From Octopus sinensis (taxonomy: Eukaryota): DNA of 14,971 nucleotides. Each line of letters opens with the position of its first letter. Positions within the stretch are counted from its first letter, which is position 1. Positions 1 to 9,192 of this stretch are shown here, in pieces. The notes beneath the pieces are model-generated. The model was given only the letters and a program-made list of their open reading frames with translations. It was not told the DNA's origin and did no database searches. The DNA lies in the NCBI RefSeq assembly GCF_006345805.1, contig NW_021825621.1:1-14971 (forward strand), written 5' to 3'. Made by a program: the position numbers and the translations under genes.

Positions 1-322
1 TATTATTACGACCATTAACACTTACAACCACGACAGTCCAGTCGATTCTAGTAGTGCACTAATATTTTAGCAGTCGATCACAATTAATTCTTGTGTGCTG
101 GGCATATCTTTCTAAAGGACATTAACTAGATTTTGTGACGTAAATGTTTATGTTTTATGGTTATCGCAAATAACTTCCTAACCCCCGACGTCAAATTGTG
201 TAAATTATATAGAATCTATTAATTCTGATATATATAATTTCAAAAATTTTTACGACTCTAACACGTTTTGACAGTTGATACGAATACCCAATAAATCATT
301 GCATTATTTAATATATGTGTGG

Positions 323-325
<3 letters not shown>

Positions 326-387
<62 letters not shown>

Positions 388-402
388 AAATATATATATA
401 TA
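326..402. repeat. (TA)n microsatellite
   Basis: Near-pure TA run; accounts for the YIYIYI ORF 315..497. Confidence 0.98.
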
Positions 403-490
403 TTATGTGTGTGTACATAAACTGCAATGGTCTGATAGTATTGTTAGAATGGGGGGGAAAGGCTTTGTGGTGTTTGCGTTGGTTCTTAAG

Positions 491-597
491 GTTTTGAGTT
501 CAAATCCTGCTAGGGTCGACAGAATAACGTCCTGGGACTGATAGCATCGACTAATACTACCTCCGGTAATTTTCCAGCCTTGTGCGAAAATTAAAAT
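491..597 (+). mobile_element. Degenerate, internally deleted family-B SINE fragment
   Basis: gagttcaaatcctgctagggtcgac resembles gagttcaaattccgccgaggtcgac in the B copies at 2535-3600; ctgggactgatagcatcgact...cagccttgtgc resembles the B tail. Confidence 0.45.
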
Positions 598-621
598 GTG
601 TTATTTATTATAAATATTAAC

Positions 622-704
622 GGCAGCATCGTTAGAGCATCGAAACCAGCACTTTATACAATCGGTTCCAGCTCTGTAGATTCCGAGTTCAAGTCCTACC
701 GAGG
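622..704 (+). mobile_element. Degenerate 5' head of a family-B SINE
   Basis: ggcagcatcgttagagcat...gagttcaagtcctaccgagg follows the B head and B-box order seen at 3028-3115 and 3449-3530. Confidence 0.45.
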
Positions 705-1075
705 ACTGTAACATGTATTTAATATATTTCTTTGAAAAATACTACAATTACGGCAAATAATTTTTCTTTTTCGACTAATGTTTCTAGAAAATTTGTTTTT
801 CGACTAAATTGTTCAAACACTCAACTTGCTGCCTGGTCCAGAAATGGAATCTAGGATCTAATGATCGCGAAATCAACACCCAAACCCTTTCGCCACATAC
901 CATCTTTTTCACACACTCTCTCTCTTACTCCCACTCCCGCACGCATATATGGTAGATCTTCGTAGTCTGACCACGAGGATTCGGTTATCTGAACAACTGA
1001 ATTACCTGCTCCTGAGTCAAAGTATAAGTATTTCCATGTTCGTTGCTCTGATGAACATTTCGGTTCAAGTACCAT

Positions 1076-1299
1076 CTTTTATTCTTTTATTTCTTTTGTT
1101 TGTTTCAGTCATGTGACTGTGGCCATGCTGGAGCACCGCCTTTAGTCGCGCAAATCGACTCCAGGACTTATTCTTTGTAAGCCTAGTACTTATTCTATTG
1201 GCCTCTCTTGCTGAATCGCTAAGTTATGGGAGCGTAAACACACCAGCATCGGTTGTCAAGCGATGTTGGGGGGCACAAACACAGACACACAGACACACG

Positions 1300-1334
<35 letters not shown>

Positions 1335-1335
1335 G
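1076..1335 (-). mobile_element. Family-A SINE, 3' half only (tail to central CA/TA microsatellite)
   Basis: Aligns by eye with the 3' halves of the copies at 5485-5975, 8257-8673 and 11630-12032 (ggccatgctggagcaccgcctttagtcg...cggttgtcaagc...acaaacacagacacac). No tRNA head follows. Confidence 0.92.
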
Positions 1336-1409
1336 ATCTCTTGAGCACCACCAGCAAAAAAAAAAAAAATTTTTCCTCTGTCTTCCCTTCTTGGGATCTT
1401 TCCTTCTCC

Positions 1410-1478
1410 TTGTTTCCGACGAAGAGCTCCGCTCGAAACATTAAACCCTCCTTCCCTTCTTTCCTGAGCGTCAAATAA
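1410..1478 (+). ncRNA. Type I hammerhead-ribozyme-like motif with a degenerate core
   Basis: Stem I ttgttt(1410-15)/aaataa(1473-78). Core CCGACGA(1416-22) plus an extra A. Stem II gagc-tcc-gctc(1424-34). GAAA(1435-38). Stem III acatt(1438-42)/agcgt(1467-71) with one A.C mismatch. GUC cleavage triplet at 1470-72. Confidence 0.6.
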
Positions 1479-1516
1479 TACTTTAATTGTTCCACGTCCT
1501 CGCGTTGCTGTGTTTT

Positions 1517-1572
1517 ATATATATATATATATAATATATATATATATATATAATTATATATATATATATGTA

Positions 1573-1616
<44 letters not shown>

Positions 1617-1617
1617 C
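1517..1617. repeat. (TA)n microsatellite
   Basis: Direct observation. Confidence 0.97.
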
Positions 1618-1669
1618 ATGACGTGCTTCATTTTCCCATTCTTTCGCCATATAAAATGAAATGGAGATA

Positions 1670-1859
1670 TAGATTGACACTTGGCTGCTTCTGTTAGCTG
1701 ATCGAGCGACCGCGTAGAATGTCTTCATTGCTCGTTCTTCGCCATGCAAAACAAAAACCAAAAAAAAAAATAAAAACCCAACAAAACAAAGAATAGGACA
1801 TATTAGATTGACATTCGGCTGCTCTTTCTAGCTGACCGAACGACCTAATAGAAGTCTTC
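1670..1859 (+). repeat. Two diverged ~57-bp direct repeats (1670-1726, 1804-1859) around an A-rich spacer
   Basis: tagattgacacttggctgcttctgttagctgatcgagcgacc...gtcttc versus tagattgacattcggctgctctttctagctgaccgaacgacc...gtcttc. Confidence 0.75.
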
Positions 1860-1912
1860 TCCAGCGGCTCACGCTGTTTGTACAGTATTAATAATATTCT
1901 GCGCTTTTGTAG

Positions 1913-2051
1913 TCGTGTCTGGATCTGGTTGCTCAGAGTTGATTGTCCATACAACAGCAGGCTCTGTGTTGGCTGGAGCATGTTGGGGGGTAACGAATCA
2001 AGCTACGATATGTCTATGTCCAGCTCGTCTTTTTATATTATATTTGGTTAC
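1913..2051 (+). CDS. Weak candidate exon, product unidentified
   Basis: Acceptor gcgcttttgtag at 1912 and donor TAC|GTAAGT at 2051/2052. Two of three frames are open, the region is CpG-rich, and I recognise no domain. Confidence 0.2.
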
Positions 2052-2534
2052 GTAAGTGCTCCGTCTGAGTGTTTTCTCTCTATAGCCTATAATGATGCGA
2101 AGTGGTAGAGCGTTGTTTTCGTACGTCTTTGTAGTTCGCAGTGTTTTGCTGTCGTCGTCGTTGTTGTTGTTCTTTTTATCGTGGCGAAATTTTCGCTCCA
2201 GGCAGAATTGAAATTACCAATGATACATCAAATATATTGATTTTTGTTTCTTTTTTTCCCACCGCAAATGTCGTTATTATTGTTGTTTGTTTTTTATTGT
2301 GTTGTCCAAATGCGGTGTTTGTATTTGCTCTTCGCAAATATTTTTCTTAATCTTTTTCAGCCATTTTGTTTTTTTAAAAAGAGGGAAAAAGCGATATTTT
2401 TGCTGTAAAAAAAAGTGTTTTTATTGGATAATTCATCGCTTTGTGTTGTTAGTAAGATCGTTTCTATTTTGTTTGTAAGTTGTTTTTATTGATGTTGCTA
2501 ATATTGTTATTGTTCTTAATGCTCAACAACATTT

Positions 2535-3600
2535 GGTCTGTCTTTACGTTCTAAGTTCAAATTCCGCCAAGTTCGTCTTTCCCTTTCATCATTTCGGGGT
2601 CGATGAAATAAGCACCGCTTGAACACTGGGTTCGATATAATCGACAAGACCCTCTCCAAAATTTCAGGCCTTGTTCTTATAGAAGAAAAGATTATTATTA
2701 TTTTAACTATTGTAAATCCTTCGTGGTCGATTTTGCCTTTCATCCTTTCGAGGTCGATAAATTAAGTACCAGTTGCGTACTGGGGTCTATCTATCTAATC
2801 GACTGACCCCCTCTCCCAAAATTTCAGGCCTTGTTCCTATAGAAGAAAAGATTATTATTATTTTAACTATTGTAATTCCGCCGTGGTCGACTTTGCCTTC
2901 CATCCTTTCGACGTCGATAAATAATGTACCAGTTGCGTACTGAGGCCGATCTAATCGACTGGCCCCCTTTCCAAAAATTTCGGGCCTTGTGCCTAGAGTA
3001 GAAGAGATTATTTGTTGTTGTTAATTTAGCGAGATAGCAGGATCGATAGCATGCTGGACGAAATGCTTAGCGGTATTTCGTCCGCCGTTACGTTCTGAGT
3101 TCAAATTCCACCGAGGTCAACTTTGCCTTTCATCCTTTCGGGGTCGATAAATTAAGTACCAGTTACGTACTGGAGTCGGTCTAATCGACTTAATCCGTTT
3201 GTCTGTCCTTGTTTGTCCCCTCTATGTTTAGCCCCTTGTGGGCAATAAAGGAATAAGAATCGTTAGCACGATGGTCAAAATAATAACAGTCTACCGTCCA
3301 TCTTTACATTCTAATTTCGAATTTCGCCGAGGCCGATTTGGCCTTCAATCCCTGGGGTGTCGGTAAAATAAGTACCAGCCAGAACACTCGGGTCGATGTA
3401 GTGGACCAACCCCTCTTCTAAAATTGCAGTCCTTGCGCTTATAATAAAGCAAGCTGGCGGAAACGTTAGCAAGCCGGACAAAATACTTCGTTCAACTTTA
3501 CGTTCTGAGTTCAATTCCTACCGAGGTTTACTTTGCTTTTCTTTCTTTCTGAGTCGATAAAATAAGAACCAGTTTAGTACTGAGGTCGATATCATCCAAA
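2535..3600 (+). mobile_element. Head-to-tail cluster of about six family-B tRNA-derived SINE copies
   Basis: Repeated body gaggtcgactttgcctttcatcctttcggggtcgataaattaagtaccag; B box gttcaaattcc (e.g. 3099-3109). Copies lie at about 2535-2690, 2716-2850, 2876-3006, 3028-3255, 3256-3445 and 3449-3600. The body resembles my recollection of the Meta/MESC SINE domain (unverified). Confidence 0.9.
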
Positions 3601-3898
3601 CTCCATCAACACCATATCGGTGGACTCGAAATTACGATAGAAATCAAAGACACTTGGCCCAGGTGGAACCCTATAGAATCGACCTTTGATATCCATCGTT
3701 GCGCAGAGAATGATTTAACTATACATAGTATACGCCTGAGCCAGTACACCAATCTGTATAGTAGTGCGTACAAAAGCACAAGCGAAGTGGTGATTCAAAT
3801 TCCCAATTCGTTCCTCTGTTGTTTTAAAACATTACTACCATTCTTCACTTGAATGTAATTTCACCAAGACGATAATATCGTAAATTAAAACAACATAT

Positions 3899-3917
3899 TT
3901 TAATAATAATAATAATA

Positions 3918-3949
<32 letters not shown>

Positions 3950-3991
3950 AATAATAATATTGATGATGATGATAAAAATAATAATAATAAT

Positions 3992-4025
<34 letters not shown>

Positions 4026-4053
4026 TTGATGATAATGATAAAAATAATAATGC

Positions 4054-4095
<42 letters not shown>

Positions 4096-4231
4096 TGATG
4101 ATGATAATAATAATAATGATAATAATAATAATAATAATAAATAATAATAATAATAATAAATAACAATAATAATAATAATAATAATAATAATAGTAATAAT
4201 AACAATAATAATAATAATGATAATAATAATG

Positions 4232-4262
<31 letters not shown>

Positions 4263-4398
4263 TGATGATAATAATAATAATGATAATAATAATAATAATA
4301 ATAATAAATAATAATAATAATAATAAATAACAATAATAATAATAATAATAATAATAATAGTAATAATAACAATAATAATAATAATGATAATAATAATG

Positions 4399-4486
<88 letters not shown>

Positions 4487-4624
4487 TGTGATGATAATAA
4501 TAATAATGATAATAATAATTAATAATAATAAATAATATAATAATAATAATAACAATAATAATAATAATAATAATATAATAAAATAGTAATAATAACAATA
4601 ATAATAATAATGATAATAATAATG

Positions 4625-4655
<31 letters not shown>

Positions 4656-4669
4656 TAATAATAATAATA

Positions 4670-4712
<43 letters not shown>

Positions 4713-4776
4713 TAATAATAGTAACAATAATAATAACAATAATAATAATAATAATAATAATAACAATAATAATAAC

Positions 4777-4814
<38 letters not shown>

Positions 4815-4903
4815 TAATAATAATAATAGTAATAATAATAATAATAATAATGATAATAATAATAATAGTAATAATAATAATAATAATAATGATAATAATA
4901 ATA

Positions 4904-4940
<37 letters not shown>

Positions 4941-4982
4941 TAATAATAATAATAGTAATAATAATAATGATAATAATAATTG
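3899..4982. repeat. ~1.08-kb (AAT)n array with GAT/AAC/AGT variant units
   Basis: Direct observation; produces the poly-I/L/M/N/Y ORFs from 3845 to 5047. Confidence 0.99.
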
Positions 4983-5159
4983 ACGGTTCAGTTTATTATT
5001 TGTCTTTTAATATTGAAAAAGCAATTAATCATTTATGCAACTTGTGATTATTTCTCGAGACGAAACGTTTTAATTAAGCATTTAGAATATTATTATTATT
5101 ATTTTTCTTCCCTTTTTTTTTTACTCTTTATCTTTTTTTTTTCTTTACTTGCCTTGCAG

Positions 5160-5273
5160 TATCTCAAAACGAGATATTATCAGGAAATATTATTTCTTCC
5201 ATTTTGAAAAACATACAGACAAGATGGTATTGATTTGGTGTTCCATAAGTTCCTTGACAACGAATTCTGTTGA
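5160..5273 (+). CDS. Weak candidate exon (114 nt, phase 2-2), product unidentified
   Basis: Long polypyrimidine tract 5102-5156 ending in CAG(5159). The frame from 5161 is open (ISKRDIIRKYYFFHFEKHTDKMVLIWCSISSLTTNSV). Donor GA|GTAAAT; alternative donor TG|GTATTG at 5226. Confidence 0.25.
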
Positions 5274-5484
5274 GTAAATAAATATCTTTGTTGTCATAAA
5301 AAAACACCAAACAATTGAAAATATTAAATATATTTTATTTGTTGTTGTTGTTACTGTTATTGTTGTTACTGTTGTACTTAGACCAGGTTGGCCCAAGATA
5401 AGCTGGCTTACGATCAAAGGCGATTTTATATCGTGACCATGCAGTCGTTGCACTCCAGAATTTACATTATCCACTGCGTCTGAC

Positions 5485-5975
5485 TTACTCTTTTACTCTC
5501 TTTTACTTGTTTCAGTCATTTGACTGCGGCCATGCTGGAGCACCGCCTTTTAGTCGAGCAAATCGACCCCGGGACTTATTCTCTTTTGTAAGCCCAGTTC
5601 TTATTCTATCGGTCTCTTTTGCCGAACCGCTAGGTGACGGGGACGTAAACACACCAGCGTCGGTTGTCAAGCAATGCTAGGGGGACAAACACAGACACAC
5701 AAACAACACAACACACCACCACACACAAACACCACCACACACACACACACACACACACACCACATATATAATATATATATATATATAATATATATATATA
5801 ATACATATATACGACAGGCTTCTTTCAGTTTTTGTCTACCAAATCCACTCATAAGGCATTGATCGGCCCGAGGCTATAGCAGAAGACACTTGCCCAAGAT
5901 GCCACGCAGTGGGACTGAACCCGGAACCATGTGGTTGGTTAGCAAGCTACTTACCACAAAGCCACTCCTGCGCCT
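5485..5975 (-). mobile_element. Family-A tRNA-derived SINE, full length
   Basis: Minus strand reads ggcgcaggagtggctttgtgg (A box), ggttcagtccc (B box), gcatcttgggcaagtgtctt (CORE-like by recall), an internal TA/TG microsatellite, and an (AAAAGAGT)-type tail. Confidence 0.95.
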
Positions 5976-6165
5976 TGTTGTAAAGTGTGATTCGACGGAG
6001 GTTCGACAGCAAAATTCATGTGAACGAACTATGATAGAGTTGGCCTCCTCCTTGGCTCGTATGAATAAATAAATAAACTAATAAATATATACTGTATTTT
6101 GTGTTTCAGACAATGAATAATCAATATATTTGATATCCCCTCAGAAACATTAAATTTATACAGAA

Positions 6166-6561
6166 CTAGCAGTATCGCCCGGCGTTGCTCGGGTTTGTAA
6201 GGGAAATAACTATATAAGCATTTTTAGAGAGTAATAGCCAAAAAATAGAAAAAAATGCATTAAAAATGGAAAAAAAATTAAGGTAAATTTTTTAAAAATC
6301 GTTGACTGATCGTAGACATTTTAGAGAGTTACTTCTCTTATATAATAGCGAAAAAATGCATTAAAATGGAAAAAAATTGATAGTAAATTTTGTTTTAAAT
6401 CGTAGACTCATCGTAGACGCGCGCTAATACCCAGAAGGGCTCGATATGAATCACGACTATAAGATACCCGGTTTTGGTTAAACTGCACCGCAAAATGTGG
6501 GAGTAGTTAGGAATCTAAATCGTAGGAGACAGACACACAACCTCTCTTTTATATATAAAGA
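6166..6561 (-). mobile_element. Non-autonomous Helitron (396 bp)
   Basis: On the minus strand: 5' A|TC at 6562|6561-60; subterminal GC hairpin cccgagcaacgccggg (6193-6178); 3' CTAG|T at 6169-6166|6165; no TSD. Internal ~100-bp tandem subrepeat (about 6219-6317 and 6317-6418). These are canonical Helitron end features. Confidence 0.88.
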
Positions 6562-6742
6562 TATAAACATAAGCGCAGGCGTGGCTGTGTGGCAAGAAGC
6601 TTGCTTCCCAACCACATAATTCCAGGTTCAGTCCCGGTGCGTGGCACCTTGGACAAGTGTCTCTTTTACTATATCCTCGTGCCGACCAAAGCCTTGTGAG
6701 TGGATTTGGTAGACGGAAACTGAAAGAAGCCCGTCGTATCTA

Positions 6743-7094
6743 TTCTTTTATCATTTTATTTGTTTCATCATTTGACTGCGGCCATGATGAAGCACCGCCT
6801 TTAGTCGAACAAATCGACGTTGGACTTATTCTTTGTAAGCCTAGTACTTATTCTAGCGGTCTCTTCTTCCGAACTGGTATGTTACGGGGACGTAAACACA
6901 GACACACAAACATATATATAATATATATATATATATATATACGACGGGCTTCTTTCAGTTTCCGCCAACCAAATCCGCTCACAAGGCTTTGGTCAGCCCG
7001 AGGCTATAGTAGAAGACACCTGCCCAAGTTGCCACGCAGTGGGACTGAACCGGGAACCATATGATTGGTAAACAAGCTACTTACCACACAGCCA
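6743..7094 (-). mobile_element. Family-A SINE nested in opposite orientation inside another A copy
   Basis: Tail-to-head sequence on the minus strand, located in the host copy's central microsatellite; has a 40-nt internal deletion. Confidence 0.92.
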
Positions 7095-7187
7095 ATGTGT
7101 ATATATTTATGTATGTGCGTTTATGTCTGTATTTGTCCCCACCACCATCGCTTGACAACCAATGTTAGTGTGTTTACGTCCCCGTAA

Positions 7188-7390
7188 TGGTTGATCTCCG
7201 AGGGATCCCAAGGTCGCGTGAGGAAGCGAGGTTCCTGCGGTTATGGCGAAGGAGCCAAGCCCTCCCGCTCCAAAGAGAAAAAGGAAAAAAGAGAAAAAAG
7301 AATGGGACAGTGCCGGAGGTGTGCAATGTACTTGCCGGCATGTCCCGAGGTCTCTTAGGTGGGAATCGTGCCACCGACAGAGGAAGCTGT
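7188..7390. other. GC-rich, hairpin-rich insert of unknown origin replacing part of a SINE
   Basis: Matches nothing else in the window. Six hairpins found by eye (7193-7207, 7214-29, 7230-56, 7304-46, 7358-75, 7375-92) around a purine-only linker. Confidence 0.8.
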
Positions 7391-7616
7391 CGATTAAAGG
7401 GCGGTGCTCCAGCATGGCCACAGTCAATTGACTGAAACAAGTTAAAGAATAAATGAATAGTACGGAGTAGCGAGGGTTAACGTGTGAAGTCCCTTACGGG
7501 TGCTTCTCGAATAGCCAAAAATGTGGATCGTGATATTGAAAAAAAGGATTCCATGAAAGCTGAAAGATGTATGGGAATTTTTAAATGAAGAATATTAGGA
7601 TATTAATAGTTCTAAG

Positions 7617-7666
7617 TTTCGGGGTCGATTAAATAAGTACTGGTACTTATTTAATCGACCCCGAAA
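7617..7666. repeat. Perfect 24-bp inverted repeat with a 2-nt spacer
   Basis: tttcggggtcgattaaataagtac-tg-gtacttatttaatcgaccccgaaa. Confidence 0.97.
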
Positions 7667-7711
7667 GGATGAGAGGCAAAGTTGACCTCGGTGGAATTTG
7701 AACTCAGAACG
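7641..7711 (-). mobile_element. Family-B SINE fragment (B box to body)
   Basis: Reverse complement reads acgttctgagttcaaattccaccgaggtcaactttgcctctcatcctttcggggtcgattaaataagtacca. Confidence 0.9.
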
Positions 7712-7833
7712 TCCAACGAAAGATTACCTTTAATATTTCTTTGAAGTGCGCCCCTCCTGTAGACTGCCTTTTGTATAAGGTTACCCATGCCGGTGTTAGA
7801 ACGCCTCAACAATAGAAACTCTCAATTCAAGAA

Positions 7834-8256
7834 TTAATCCGTTTGTCTGTCCTTGTTTGTCCTCTCTTTGTGTTTAGCCCCTTGTGGGTAGTAAAGAAAT
7901 AGGTATTTCGTCTGCTGTTACGTTCTGAGTTCGAATTCCGCCGAGGTCGACTTTGCCTTTCATCCATTCAGGGTCGATAAATTAAGTATCAGTTACGCAC
8001 TGCGGTCGATATAATCGACTTAATCCCTTTGTCTGTCCTTGTTTGTCCTCTCTGTGCTTAGCCCCTTGTGGGTAGTAAAGAAATGGGTATTTCGTCTGCC
8101 GTTACGTTCTGAGTTCGAATTCCGCCGAGGTCGACTTTGCCTTTCATCCTTTCGGGGTCGATTAATTAAGTACCAGTTACGCACTGGAGTCGATCTAATC
8201 GACTTAATCCCTTTCTCTGTCCTTATTTGTCCCCTCTGTGTTTATCCCCTTGTGGG
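7834..8256 (+). mobile_element. Tandem array of ~185-bp family-B units lacking the 5' head (about 2.3 units)
   Basis: ttaatcc recurs at 7834, 8020 and 8204. The junction aaagaaat(a/g)ggtatttcgtctgc occurs twice. Confidence 0.93.
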
Positions 8257-8473
8257 TACTCTCTTTACTCTTTTACTCTTTTACTTGTTTCAGTCATTTG
8301 ACTGTGGCCATGCTGGAGCACCGCCTTTAGTCGAGCAAATCGATCCCGGGACTTATTCTTTGTAAGCCCAGTACTTATTCTATCGGTCTCTTTTGCCGAA
8401 CCTAAGTGACGGGGACGTAAAACACCCAGCATCGGTTGTCAAGCATGCTAGGGGGACAAACACAGACACACAA

Positions 8474-8506
<33 letters not shown>

Positions 8507-8673
8507 CATATATACGACGGGCTTCTTTCAGTTTCCGTCAACCAAATCCACTCATAACCCATTGGTCGGGCCGAGGCTATAGTAGAAGACACTTGCCCAA
8601 GGTGCAACGCAGTGGGAATGAACACGAAACCATGTGGTTGGTAAGCAAGCTACTTACCACACAGCCACTCCTG
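8257..8673 (-). mobile_element. Family-A SINE, near full length
   Basis: Collinear with 5485-5975; its tail truncates the third B unit at gggt|act. Confidence 0.95.
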
Positions 8674-8834
8674 ATAAATATCTTTTGGCAAAAAACGTTC
8701 TTTCCTAAAGATTTTCACCATTCTGTGTTTCAAAGATTTTTTTATATAACTAATAATTATAAACTTAAGAAAATCTTTCTTCAAACTATTGTTACTGTAT
8801 CAAGAATTCTTTCTCGAGGCTTTTATATACATAT

Positions 8835-8945
8835 ATGAGATACACATATACATATCTATACACGCTGATACACACACATTCATACATAGATATCTATGTA
8901 TGTAAATATGTGCGTGTATCTGTGTGAATGTATGGTGTATGTATA

Positions 8946-9002
<57 letters not shown>

Positions 9003-9050
9003 CTATGTATAATATTAATATATATATATATATTATATATATAAACTATG

Positions 9051-9090
<40 letters not shown>

Positions 9091-9165
9091 CTATGTTATA
9101 TATATATAATATAATATATATATATATATGTATATATATGTTTATGGTGTGTGCGTGTGTGCGCT
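8835..9165. repeat. Compound (CA)/(TA)n/(TG) microsatellite
   Basis: Direct observation; taactatg(t)tat interruptions recur. Confidence 0.95.
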
Positions 9166-9192
9166 CTTGCGCATGCGTGTGTTTGTCTGCAG

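Larger units (their letters stand above)
6573..7458 (+). mobile_element. Family-A SINE interrupted by two inserts (segments 6573-6742, 7095-7187, 7390-7458)
   Basis: A box tggctgtgtgg 6582-92 and B box ggttcagtccc 6625-35. It resumes with gtttacgtccccgtaa to 7187 and with tcgattaaagggcggtgctccagcatgg from 7390. Confidence 0.92.

Noticed and set aside
851-1075. 74-aa minus-strand ORF with an internal CAG|GTAATT donor at 1006
   Set aside because: No recognisable domain, no good acceptor, and the start abuts a SINE tail.
1694-1981. Minus ORF segment SLLLYGQSTLSNQ resembling the C-terminus of L2/Crack-type LINE proteins
   Set aside because: Only a short resemblance, with no upstream Cys/His motif or RT sequence.
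2535-3600. CRISPR-like repeated units
   Set aside because: Units are long, diverged SINE copies in eukaryotic DNA, with no constant short repeat/spacer pattern and no cas genes.
5057-5075. tctcgagacgaaacgttt as a second hammerhead
   Set aside because: No CUGANGA-like core upstream and no stem I.
6094-6165. Good acceptor tgtgtttcag at ~6109
   Set aside because: All three downstream frames stop within 24 nt and there is no donor.
6573-6650. tRNA genes at the SINE heads (also 9600-9660, 9770-9830, 10065-10137)
   Set aside because: A and B boxes are present, but there is no complete cloverleaf and each continues into a SINE body.
7250-7263. agg-agccaagc-cct resembling twister P4/L4
   Set aside because: The other twister elements (UAA, P2, GAG, pseudoknot partners) are not found in any permutation.
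7320-7328. AUUGCAC (U1A-binding-like) in a minus-strand hairpin loop
   Set aside because: The flanking sequence does not resemble U1 snRNA, and a 7-mer match is expected by chance.
7243-7431. ORF beginning MAKEPSPPAPKRKRKK (NLS-like)
   Set aside because: The Lys/Glu run comes from a purine-only linker and the ORF ends in SINE sequence.
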